Source of the DNA: a virus
Direction: 5' to 3' (one strand)
Length of the DNA stretch: 64,000 nt
Virus record (IMG/VR): IMGVR_UViG_3300021093_000006
Positions 38,773 through 47,325 of this stretch are shown here, one piece after another (within the stretch, counting starts at the first letter, position 1; each line of letters opens with the position of its first letter). The notes beneath the pieces were generated by a model. That model saw only the letters and a program-made list of their open reading frames with translations, ran no database searches and was not told the origin of the DNA. The position numbers and the translations under genes are program-made.

Positions 38773-39141
38773 TCAATTATCTAAGACATTAATATATAAC
38801 TCGTCTCTAATTGGTGCAATTAATGTTCCTGTACCATCTAAAAAATTAATGGTAAAATAACCGTTATATCTACCAGATTTACTCGTTTGAATTTCCGTAA
38901 ATTGGTATGTAATATAATAAGTAGGTGTTATAGTATTTTCACAATCATTCGATACTACCATTTCTATTTCAGATTGTGAACAAGATATTCTTTTAACTTT
39001 GGTTTCTACGTCATACATAGTAAATGTAATTGTAGCATTTTGTATTTTTTCATAAAATTTACGAAAATCATTTCTACCATCATTAACTAATTCCATTTTT
39101 AGTTTAGGTAACGTACTATTTTTGTTGATAAAAAATTCCAT
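38773..39141 (-). CDS. Small Ig-like baseplate/fibre-associated protein (BppU N-terminal-like)
   Basis: FFINKNSTLPKLKMEL...ITYQFTEIQTSKSGRYNGYFTINF.DGT. Confidence 0.5.
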   Translation of the reverse strand: MEFFINKNSTLPKLKMELVNDGRNDFRKFYEKIQNATITFTMYDVETKVKRISCSQSEIEMVVSNDCENTITPTYYITYQFTEIQTSKSGRYNGYFTINFLDGTGTLIAPIRDELYINVLDN

Positions 39142-39150
39142 TTTTATTTT

Positions 39151-40260
39151 TTAATTATAGATTCTTATTTCGATAGGTAAATCGCCAAAGTATGGTGTTG
39201 AGCTTGTGTCACCATCATATTTTGTAATTATAAATTCTATAACACTATTAGTTTGTACAATTCCTGTTACCATATAAAGTGCAGTACCACCACCAAATGA
39301 GGTAGGTTCAATTGAAATTTTAGGGTTAGTGAATCCAAAAAGTTTAGTTGCGTGTAGTGTTGCATTGTAAGGGTTACTCCATTCAATATCATTAGGGCTT
39401 AGGTTAGAACCGTCACCAATAGTATTTTCAAGTTGTGTAACACTAAATGATCCTAAGCTATAGGTAAGTAAAACTTTATATATTGTATAATTAACAGATG
39501 GTGTACCTCCAGTATAAAAACCACTAACATTAAAAGTACCTCCCGTATTGTTTGTAAATGTCGCAACTCCATTTGAATATGTCCCACCAGTTAAATACGT
39601 ATCGGGGTCTATTGGTAAATTCTGATATGTTGTTGCTGATATTGTATTTGCACTTAAACCATTTGTGAATATTGTAGATCCATTAACCGTTCCTCCAGTA
39701 AAATGAGGTACAGATTGCCAAGTGGCATTACCACTTATATCTGATGTTAAAACATATCCATTGTTTGCACCAGATGTTACTTGTAAATTTGTTGTTTTTG
39801 TTTTACCACCTACATCAAGTTTTTCTGTTGGGGTTGTTGTCCCAACACCTAATCTCTTATTTGTATTGTCCCAAAATAATGAATTATCTTGTTGTAAACT
39901 TGTACCGCTTTGAAATAAAATCCTACCATTTCCCCCATTTGATATTTGGGTTGACCCAACGGTAAGTGATGTATTAGTATTACCTGTTAAAGAACTGATA
40001 TTTACTGTATAGGCAGATAATTGATCATTTCTATCAAAATAAATGATACCATTATTATATGTTGCAGCAGTGGTGTAAAAATCATTAATAATGGTAGTAT
40101 TAGTTCCTCCAGTTGGGTTTATTAGTGTCAATACATTATTTTGATATGTTACGCCACTAACACCAAAACTTTGTAGATAATATAAATTATCATCCATTTC
40201 TTTAATGGTTAATTTTGAACCTTTATCATTTGGACCATAAAATCTAGTAATTAATCCCAT
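39151..40260 (-). CDS. Tail fibre protein
   Basis: KGSKLTIKEMDDNL N-terminus; LFWDNTNKRLGVGTTTPTEKLDV; GYVLTSDISGNATW; TISATTYQNLP. Confidence 0.65.
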   Translation of the reverse strand: MGLITRFYGPNDKGSKLTIKEMDDNLYYLQSFGVSGVTYQNNVLTLINPTGGTNTTIINDFYTTAATYNNGIIYFDRNDQLSAYTVNISSLTGNTNTSLTVGSTQISNGGNGRILFQSGTSLQQDNSLFWDNTNKRLGVGTTTPTEKLDVGGKTKTTNLQVTSGANNGYVLTSDISGNATWQSVPHFTGGTVNGSTIFTNGLSANTISATTYQNLPIDPDTYLTGGTYSNGVATFTNNTGGTFNVSGFYTGGTPSVNYTIYKVLLTYSLGSFSVTQLENTIGDGSNLSPNDIEWSNPYNATLHATKLFGFTNPKISIEPTSFGGGTALYMVTGIVQTNSVIEFIITKYDGDTSSTPYFGDLPIEIRIYN

Positions 40261-40272
40261 AATTTTTTATTT

Positions 40273-40281
40273 TATAAATAT
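40273..40281 (-). promoter_or_regulatory. Putative late promoter ATATTTATA
   Basis: 12 nt upstream of the ATG at 40260. Confidence 0.5.
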
Positions 40282-40295
40282 CATATATTTTTTTA

Positions 40296-42014
40296 TTATT
40301 CGAAATAACCATCGATATAATCACACTCAACATAATTATTAACACATGTTGGGTAAAATGTTCCACTAGTTTGATTATATTCTTCTCTAATGGTAGTAAC
40401 ATCTAATCCACAACCATATAATTTAAATGTCGATACCTTACCTTCAAAAGTACCTGCGAAATTTTCTTGTAAAAATAAATTTTCATCTCGAACATCAGGA
40501 CCATTAACAGTATTAGATTCTATCAATCCTTGTGTCCCACCACCCCAACTATAATTAAAAGGAACTCCTTGTTGTTTTTCTCTGTGTTCATTTAATTCTC
40601 TAAATAAAAATTCGTCAAAATCTTCTAAAGTCCATTTTAAATAACCATCTATATAAACAGTTAATTGACCTTTTCTTCTAGGTAATGTCTCTAAAATACA
40701 ACCAATATATTGTTCATAGGGTTTGAATCTTACCGCCACGTGTGTCCATCTATCTGTAGTAACTATTCCACTTAAACTATAACATTCGTAAATACTTGCA
40801 CCTGTAATATATTCAGTTGTTACAGTTGTTGCAGTTGTTGTACCAGTACATCCACACCCACATTGTTCGTGACAATCCACTATCGTAGTTGCCGTTACTG
40901 CCGAACACACACCAGTAGATATCACAGTTCTGAATCCAACACTACCATCATCCGTAATTCTAAATCCTAATGCATTGTATACAATATCAGCGTTTCTATC
41001 TTTTTCACTAATTATTTCAGTAGTAATACCAGTAAAACAACAACACCCTTGTGGTTGATACACTAAAAATGGATTATTATTCAACACTTCAACTGATTCA
41101 ACTGGTGGGGGTAAAGGATAACCTGATGATGTTGTATATCCTGTTTCACCACTAAATTGATTCCAAAATTTATTTTCTGATCTAGTACCCATATAAAAGA
41201 AAAATCCTTTATTATTGGGATAAAAATTATTTAATGTGTTCCCACTACAACTAGTAGATTTTTTATTTAACCAAAATGTTGCCGTCCAACCATCCAAACA
41301 AGGTAACCCACCTAATCTATCGGGTAATATTTGATAGTTATACGGAACAGGTTTTAATTTTAAATAACATTCATATGCCTTATTAGGGTCAATACCACAT
41401 CCATGACTTGCACCACTACTACAACAATCAGTTATAGTTGTTCCAGTACATATTGTAGGACACCTAAACCAATCTAAAGGCCAAGTAAATTTGTTATCAG
41501 TTATCTCATCAAAATATGTTTTATCCGATAATTTAAAAAATCCTTGATAAAATCCACCACAAAGATCTGAATACCTACCATTTAAATCAGTAATAACATC
41601 TATTGGGTATTCATAAGTGCAACCAGTAACTCTAGTCATAGAAAATCTAGTATCTGCCGAACTTAAAAATAGTGTAGATCCTGTAAATGCCGATAAAAAT
41701 GTTTGTCCACTTGTAGGTGCGTTACAATCATAAGTTATAAAACCATTGTCAATACCTGTTAATCCTATATCGTATAAAGTAACACCACTACCATTTATTG
41801 TCGCACCTGTCCAAGTAGTTAAACTATAAATGGTATCGCCAGAATATGATGCATCATTATTTATATCCATATCTATTAGGATACATTCATCTAAAATTAA
41901 ATCATTGTCTTGTTCGTCTGTACAATCATAACATAAAAATAAGTCCCAGTAATCACTATTACTAAGTCTCATCTTTAAACAATTGTCAAAATTATGTTGG
42001 TATATATTACTCAT
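40296..42014 (-). CDS. Cys/Thr-rich structural protein with a ConA/LamG-like fold
   Basis: WTATFWLNK...GFFFYMGTR; WTHVAVRF...LTVYIDG...FEGKVSTFKLY are LamG-like strands. Confidence 0.5.
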   Translation of the reverse strand: MSNIYQHNFDNCLKMRLSNSDYWDLFLCYDCTDEQDNDLILDECILIDMDINNDASYSGDTIYSLTTWTGATINGSGVTLYDIGLTGIDNGFITYDCNAPTSGQTFLSAFTGSTLFLSSADTRFSMTRVTGCTYEYPIDVITDLNGRYSDLCGGFYQGFFKLSDKTYFDEITDNKFTWPLDWFRCPTICTGTTITDCCSSGASHGCGIDPNKAYECYLKLKPVPYNYQILPDRLGGLPCLDGWTATFWLNKKSTSCSGNTLNNFYPNNKGFFFYMGTRSENKFWNQFSGETGYTTSSGYPLPPPVESVEVLNNNPFLVYQPQGCCCFTGITTEIISEKDRNADIVYNALGFRITDDGSVGFRTVISTGVCSAVTATTIVDCHEQCGCGCTGTTTATTVTTEYITGASIYECYSLSGIVTTDRWTHVAVRFKPYEQYIGCILETLPRRKGQLTVYIDGYLKWTLEDFDEFLFRELNEHREKQQGVPFNYSWGGGTQGLIESNTVNGPDVRDENLFLQENFAGTFEGKVSTFKLYGCGLDVTTIREEYNQTSGTFYPTCVNNYVECDYIDGYFE

Positions 42015-44098
42015 CTAATTAAATATAAGGCGATATCTGTATTAATATCTTTCATTTTTATCCACCTACTAGGTATTTGTTGATTTTTTAATATCCTAAC
42101 TTGACCTACTAAACCTACAACATTCCATTCTGGTCTTTGTGATCTAGGTGTGTATGTTAAATTAGGATCAAAATTATTACTAATTTTTGGACGTTGTTCT
42201 GTTATTGTTTTATAAATAGTATCACCACTTTCATTTATATAATCAGGTATTTCATATGAATAATCTTCCATTACATATCTTCCCCATTCATCTTTTTCAT
42301 ATTTTCCTACCCATTCATCTGCGGTACCATCTTCATTATTTCCTATAAGTGTGGGATTAGATGAAATTACACCTATCGCATTATTTGCGTCAACACAAAC
42401 TTTTATTTTATCATCTTCTAATTCCACAACAGTTCCAAAAGGTAATGAATCACCAGATAACGATTCAAAATATTCTGCGTAATCGGCACCTGAGTTATAT
42501 GTGGCACCTGCCCCATAAACATTACCTGCCGAATCTACTCTAAAAGCGTTTGCCCTAGCAGCATTTGATGTACCTCTACCTATTATAAAGTATTGATTTG
42601 CGTTTGTTGTGTTATTCCATCTACCTGAAACATGTTGGTATGGTTCGTAAGTAATTGTACCATATCCTTCTGAATGTGAATAACTTGTAATGGCAGAAGT
42701 ACTTAATCCTTCAGCATGTGATCCAGTACCCACTGATCTTGTTGACCCACCTTCAGCATGTGAATTAGCACCTTGAGAAATTGTACCACCACCTTCTGCA
42801 TGTGATTGATTTCCTGATGCCAAAGTATTTACACCTTCAGAATGAGATCCAAGTCCTGAAGCGGAAGTAATTATTCCTTCTGCATGTGAATAGTTTCCTG
42901 ATGCCGTTGTTAATTGACCTTCAGAGTGAGAAGATTGTCCAGATGCGATTGTGGATGTACCTTCAGCGTGAGAATAATCTCCTGATGCCGTTGTTTCACT
43001 ACCTTCAGCGTGAGAAGCATCTCCTGATGCAATTGTTTCACTACCTTCAGCGTGAGAAGCATCTCCTGATGCAATTGTTTCACTACCTTCAGCGTGAGAA
43101 GCATCTCCAACCGCAGATGTTTTTGATCCTTCAGCGTGAGAGACTAACCCAATTGCCAATGTTAGATTTCCTTCAGCGTGTGATTTATTTCCTGATGCCG
43201 TTGTTTTATTACCTTCAGCGTGTGAGTAATATCCTGATGCGATTACCTCATTACCAAATGCAAATGATGTTATACCTGTGGCAGATGAACCAGTAGACTG
43301 AACACTATCCCAAACAGTTATAGGTTCACCTTTAAGACCAGTTATAGGTGAACATCCTTTAAGGTTAGCTACGTTTAACGTATTAAAACAAATACCTGTA
43401 ATGACTGATGATAAATCTGACCAACTACCCTTACCTGTATCATCTATTTGAGTTAGGATATAATTTGTTGTTGCAGAACTTGCGCCATCAGTAATAGTTA
43501 TTTTATTCGTAATTAATCTTCCGTCTACGGTAATATTTTCTTTTGACGAAATATAATCTAAAGGTCCTTTATAGTCTAAAGTTCCCGCAGAAAAATTTTC
43601 TTGTATTGCGTTTGTAATTCCACTTATTATACCACCTGATGATACTATATTATTAAAACTATATGTAATTGAATACCCAGTGTATTGTGTACCTATTATA
43701 TAATCACCAGTATATCCAGTTTGCGTTAAAGTCCAAAAAGGACCTACTGTTTGTGTTTCCGCACTTAATGGGGTTATTGGTAATGTTAAACCAGAAGTAT
43801 AAACACTAAATAAAGGATTTGACCAAGTTGATCCACTAAACGGATCAAATGATGGATTATAGTTAGGTGATAATGGATTGGCAACGTCAAAAACAGTTGT
43901 ACCTGTATTACCACTTAAAACTGCGTTCTGATTAGACACAATTCCTAAAGAAACTTTTGTGGCGACATTAACTCCAGTTGGGTATCCACTAAAAGGAATT
44001 CCTGCCTGAATTTTACCGTCAAAAGTGGCGGTTTCACCTGTTATTATTTTTGATTGTCTTGAAAGATCTAATAATGTAGTAAATTTATTTATCGGCAT
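42011..44098 (-). CDS. Tail fibre/spike with YadA-head-like 14-aa repeats and a C-terminal intramolecular chaperone
   Basis: About 14 copies of SHAEGxxTxASGxx; C-terminal GADYAEYFE...IGVIS...RPEWNVVGLVGQV autocleaving-chaperone-type domain. Confidence 0.75.
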   Translation of the reverse strand: MPINKFTTLLDLSRQSKIITGETATFDGKIQAGIPFSGYPTGVNVATKVSLGIVSNQNAVLSGNTGTTVFDVANPLSPNYNPSFDPFSGSTWSNPLFSVYTSGLTLPITPLSAETQTVGPFWTLTQTGYTGDYIIGTQYTGYSITYSFNNIVSSGGIISGITNAIQENFSAGTLDYKGPLDYISSKENITVDGRLITNKITITDGASSATTNYILTQIDDTGKGSWSDLSSVITGICFNTLNVANLKGCSPITGLKGEPITVWDSVQSTGSSATGITSFAFGNEVIASGYYSHAEGNKTTASGNKSHAEGNLTLAIGLVSHAEGSKTSAVGDASHAEGSETIASGDASHAEGSETIASGDASHAEGSETTASGDYSHAEGTSTIASGQSSHSEGQLTTASGNYSHAEGIITSASGLGSHSEGVNTLASGNQSHAEGGGTISQGANSHAEGGSTRSVGTGSHAEGLSTSAITSYSHSEGYGTITYEPYQHVSGRWNNTTNANQYFIIGRGTSNAARANAFRVDSAGNVYGAGATYNSGADYAEYFESLSGDSLPFGTVVELEDDKIKVCVDANNAIGVISSNPTLIGNNEDGTADEWVGKYEKDEWGRYVMEDYSYEIPDYINESGDTIYKTITEQRPKISNNFDPNLTYTPRSQRPEWNVVGLVGQVRILKNQQIPSRWIKMKDINTDIALYLIR
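42991..43108. repeat. Perfect 42-bp tandem repeat (~2.8 copies) within a degenerate array (~42640-43270)
   Basis: Unit accttcagcgtgagaagcatctcctgatgcaattgtttcact at 43001-43042 and 43043-43084, plus partial copies on both sides. Confidence 0.9.
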
Positions 44099-44112
44099 AA
44101 CTTTATTTTAAA

Positions 44113-44142
44113 ATAAATATTTAGATTTCTGATATATTTATA
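44113..44142. promoter_or_regulatory. Back-to-back late motifs (minus 44113-44120, plus 44134-44142)
   Basis: ATATTTAT on each strand pointing into the divergent genes. Confidence 0.55.
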
Positions 44143-44157
44143 TAAAAAAACTTTATT

Positions 44158-44832
44158 ATGGGTAAAAGATTTAAAAAGTCCGAAATAAAAAATTATTTAA
44201 CAGAAAAAAGATTAGATGAATTAATAGGAACTAATGGTGCATTAATTAGTAGAACTAATAATTATAAACAAAGTAGAAATACCATCAAATCTAAAAAGAC
44301 TACTGACGACTACGTAAGAAGTTCAACTCAAGGACCTGAGGCATATTTTATTTACGGTGGACCTTATTATGGGGTAAATTATTCATATGTTGTTAATGAA
44401 GAAGAAGAAATTTTAGATATAGATACTAATGATTTTTTTGAAAAATTAGATGTTACTCCACCTAAAAATTACAATACATATATGGAACATGAAATAAATG
44501 AAGAGGAAGATTCTATGAAATCTTTGGTGGACGAAATTATTAGAAAAAAAAAAGACGATTCTAAAGATTTTGTAAAAAAAATGAGAGAAACTGAAGTAAT
44601 GATGGATAGAATAACTATTCCTGATATAAGTGAATTAAAAGATATTCATGAAAAACCAATAGTAATAAGGAAAATAAATAGTTTATTAGATTTAATACAT
44701 AAAGAAAATATAGTTGGTGACGAACTAACTATTCTTTTAAACCATCTTGTCGATAATTTAGATATTTATAGTATATCAGAAGAACATAGGGAAATTATTG
44801 GAGATAAAATTAAATATGGCGAAGAGAAATAA
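44158..44832 (+). CDS. Hypothetical late protein
   Basis: 224 aa; late motif upstream; NYLTEKRLDE leader-like segment. Confidence 0.4.
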   Translation: MGKRFKKSEIKNYLTEKRLDELIGTNGALISRTNNYKQSRNTIKSKKTTDDYVRSSTQGPEAYFIYGGPYYGVNYSYVVNEEEEILDIDTNDFFEKLDVTPPKNYNTYMEHEINEEEDSMKSLVDEIIRKKKDDSKDFVKKMRETEVMMDRITIPDISELKDIHEKPIVIRKINSLLDLIHKENIVGDELTILLNHLVDNLDIYSISEEHREIIGDKIKYGEEK

Positions 44833-45364
44833 AAATAAAGGTGGTAATAGTAAATTACATGGTAAGTATTATAACTGCCCTAATTATGTAATTAATGCGG
44901 TTAGTAATGCAGTAAAAACTTATGAAACACTTAAAAAAGAAGATATTAACAATAATAAACCTACTGAAGGTTATAAAAGGGCAAAAGGTATTCTAGAAAA
45001 TAAAAAAATAGAATACAAACAAATGAAAAGAATAAAAAACTGGTTTGATAATTATGATGGTGATCACAAAGACATTGAATATAGACTTAATGGTGGTAAA
45101 ACAATGCATAATTGGGTTGATTCTACTTTAAATAAAGAAACTTTGGCGCTAAAAGGACCTAAAAAAATAAAAAGTGAAACAGGTTTATCAAACCAATTTA
45201 TCAAACAACATGAAAAAGATAATACTAAAATTAATAAACATTCTTTAAAAATGAAAATACCAAAACTAAGTAAAGATATTAGTGGACAAGTATGGAGAGG
45301 TAAACCTGTTTACGAAGAGATTTTAAGAATGCAAAAATTAATAATATACGAATCTAAAATTTAA
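44798..45364 (+). CDS. Hypothetical protein
   Basis: EGYKRAKGIL...MKRIKNWFD...LNGGKTMHNWV resembles an uncharacterised small domain seen in phage head regions. Confidence 0.4.
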   Translation: MEIKLNMAKRNKNKGGNSKLHGKYYNCPNYVINAVSNAVKTYETLKKEDINNNKPTEGYKRAKGILENKKIEYKQMKRIKNWFDNYDGDHKDIEYRLNGGKTMHNWVDSTLNKETLALKGPKKIKSETGLSNQFIKQHEKDNTKINKHSLKMKIPKLSKDISGQVWRGKPVYEEILRMQKLIIYESKI

Positions 45365-45368
45365 AATT

Positions 45369-45689
45369 ATGGGAAAGACTAAATTAATGGAATTAGGAGA
45401 TCAATTTAGAGTTGATAACGTTATTAAAAACGTTTATCTAAATAGTGATGGAAAAAGATACGGACCTACACACCCAAATGCACTTTCAAATGGTGATGAA
45501 AAAGGTAAAGGTACCTCCTCAAATGCTGACGCTTTAAACAGTTCAACTGGCGGTGGTTCGGTAGATATTGCAGCTAGACAAGATATGATAGCTAGAAATG
45601 AATCAAAATATGGTAGTACAACAGGACCTAACGGATATGGTCCAAGTAAACCTTATTTTCCAAACTACATTTTAAATAATAATCAATAA
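45369..45689 (+). CDS. Hypothetical Gly/Asn/Ser-rich protein
   Basis: 106 aa ORF with a TATG start in the late operon. Confidence 0.4.
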   Translation: MGKTKLMELGDQFRVDNVIKNVYLNSDGKRYGPTHPNALSNGDEKGKGTSSNADALNSSTGGGSVDIAARQDMIARNESKYGSTTGPNGYGPSKPYFPNYILNNNQ

Positions 45690-45697
45690 AATTTAAA

Positions 45698-46066
45698 ATG
45701 AAACTTTACAATTTAGCTGAAGGACTTATACTTGAGGTAGCAAACAGAAACTCTATTATGAAAATAATGGATGGTAAACGTTTGGCATCTGTATATTATG
45801 ATGATGGAGAAGATCCTGAAGGTAAGAATAAAAGATGGATTGAAATATATTGTTATGGGGTATCAAAAGCGGGTAACGATATGGTTAGAGTTTACCAAAT
45901 AGGTGGAGATACTAAAACGATTCAACCTGGTTGGAAAACTTTTAGAATTGATAGGATGAATAATTTAGAAATGTTAGGTGGTAAATTTTATGAACCTAGA
46001 TCTTTATTCAATCCTAGTGGTGATAAAGATATGATACAGATATATAAGATATTAAAATTCGACTAA
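45698..46066 (+). CDS. WYL-like (SH3/Sm-fold) domain protein
   Basis: ASVYYDD...RWIEIYCYG...VRVYQ...GWKTFRIDRM. Confidence 0.55.
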   Translation: MKLYNLAEGLILEVANRNSIMKIMDGKRLASVYYDDGEDPEGKNKRWIEIYCYGVSKAGNDMVRVYQIGGDTKTIQPGWKTFRIDRMNNLEMLGGKFYEPRSLFNPSGDKDMIQIYKILKFD

Positions 46067-46067
46067 T

Positions 46068-46625
46068 ATGAGTAATGCAAATAGATTAAAAGAAATTTTA
46101 AGTAGATCAAAAGCAGTTATGCAAGTTACTGAGCAAAATTATGGTTCTACTTCTAATAGTAATCAAACTACTAATTATGGTAGTGAAGAAAAAGAAATAC
46201 CTAATTTAACAGAAAATTTTATTAATAACCATAGGAATTCAAGTAATTCAGTTGCACCTGTTAATGGTAGATATAGAAATTTAGATAAATCAAAAATGCC
46301 AGATGTCATTAAAAAGGCAATGATTGATAACCCAATTGAAATTCCTGAGACACCATTCCACACATTTGAGTTAGATGATGTTTCCGATTTATTAGAATCT
46401 ACAAACAATAAAAAACCTGTTATTAAAGAAACTATCAATTCTAATAAAAATAGTAGTATTAATGAAAATACTATTAGAAAAATTGTTAGAGAAGAAATGG
46501 AAGATTTAGTAAGATCAGTAATTGAAGAGTATTTTGATAAATCTTTAATGACTGAAGATATACAAATTAAAGTAGGTGGGACAACCTTTTCAGGAAAACT
46601 TAAACCACTACCTAAAAGAAAATAA
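46068..46625 (+). CDS. Hypothetical protein
   Basis: SKMPDVIKKAMIDNPI; C-terminal INENTIRKIVREE segment. Confidence 0.4.
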   Translation: MSNANRLKEILSRSKAVMQVTEQNYGSTSNSNQTTNYGSEEKEIPNLTENFINNHRNSSNSVAPVNGRYRNLDKSKMPDVIKKAMIDNPIEIPETPFHTFELDDVSDLLESTNNKKPVIKETINSNKNSSINENTIRKIVREEMEDLVRSVIEEYFDKSLMTEDIQIKVGGTTFSGKLKPLPKRK

Positions 46626-46649
46626 AAAACCCTCAAATGAGGGTTTTTT
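46624..46649. terminator. Bidirectional intrinsic terminator
   Basis: AAAAAACCCTC-AAAT-GAGGGTTTTTT between convergent genes. Confidence 0.75.
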
Positions 46650-46650
46650 A

Positions 46651-47223
46651 TTATTTAGATATTTGTTCTTTTAAATCATCTAAACCTTCTTGTATTTGAG
46701 ACTTAGGTATCCAAAAAGTTAAATCACCTATTTCTTCTATTTTAAGTTTAAGCATTTTTTTAAATACTTCTACATCTTCTTTATTTTTTACATATGGTAT
46801 ATTAAGTGCCTTAGAACAAACTGGACCCACACCAGTTGCTTGAGATCTCCAATCAGTCAAATCTTTACCACAACATCTACAAGATGAAACATCTGACGTA
46901 TTCATTCTACCAACAACTTGATAAGCTTTTTGAGTCTCCTTTAAAACTTTAGAGATTGTAACCAAAAATGGATTAAATTCTAAATTGTTTTCTTTAGCAA
47001 TTCTTTTTGCGATGAATTTACTAACTTTAAGATTGACATTAATTTCTTTTTCAGAAGATTCCTTTTTTTCTTGTTTAATAAATTTAGAGAAGAAATTTGA
47101 TGCCGCCTCTATTTGTTTTGTTGTTAATGAACCATATTTATTAAGTCCATTTTGTAAAGAAAGGATAAAATTATTATTACCCTTATACTCTTTCACATTC
47201 TGCTCAACCGTTAACTTTTCCAT
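46651..47223 (-). CDS. DUF6011-like zinc-finger protein homologous to the helicase N-terminal domain
   Basis: CRCCGKDLTDWRSQATGVGPVC; YKGNNNFI, KEIN, ETQKA and WIPKSQ align with the SNF2 N-terminus. Confidence 0.55.
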   Translation of the reverse strand: MEKLTVEQNVKEYKGNNNFILSLQNGLNKYGSLTTKQIEAASNFFSKFIKQEKKESSEKEINVNLKVSKFIAKRIAKENNLEFNPFLVTISKVLKETQKAYQVVGRMNTSDVSSCRCCGKDLTDWRSQATGVGPVCSKALNIPYVKNKEDVEVFKKMLKLKIEEIGDLTFWIPKSQIQEGLDDLKEQISK

Positions 47224-47300
47224 AGGTATTTGATTTATTTTGATTTATAATGTAAAGGTAATAAAAAAAATAATACCATTTAATTTTTTAACATTTTTTT

Positions 47301-47308
47301 ATATTTAT
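47301..47308 (+). promoter_or_regulatory. Putative late promoter ATATTTAT
   Basis: 17 nt upstream of the ATG at 47326. Confidence 0.45.
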
Positions 47309-47325
47309 TTAAAAAAATATATTTT

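Noticed and set aside
42640-43270. Diversity-generating retroelement template/variable repeat
   Set aside because: The repeats are tandem and in-frame without adenine-specific divergence, and there is no reverse transcriptase in the window.
42886-43296. Repetitive ORFs 42886..43296 (+) and 42910..43110 (-)
   Set aside because: Their repeats are alternative-frame readings of the 42-bp SHAEG repeat in the spike gene.
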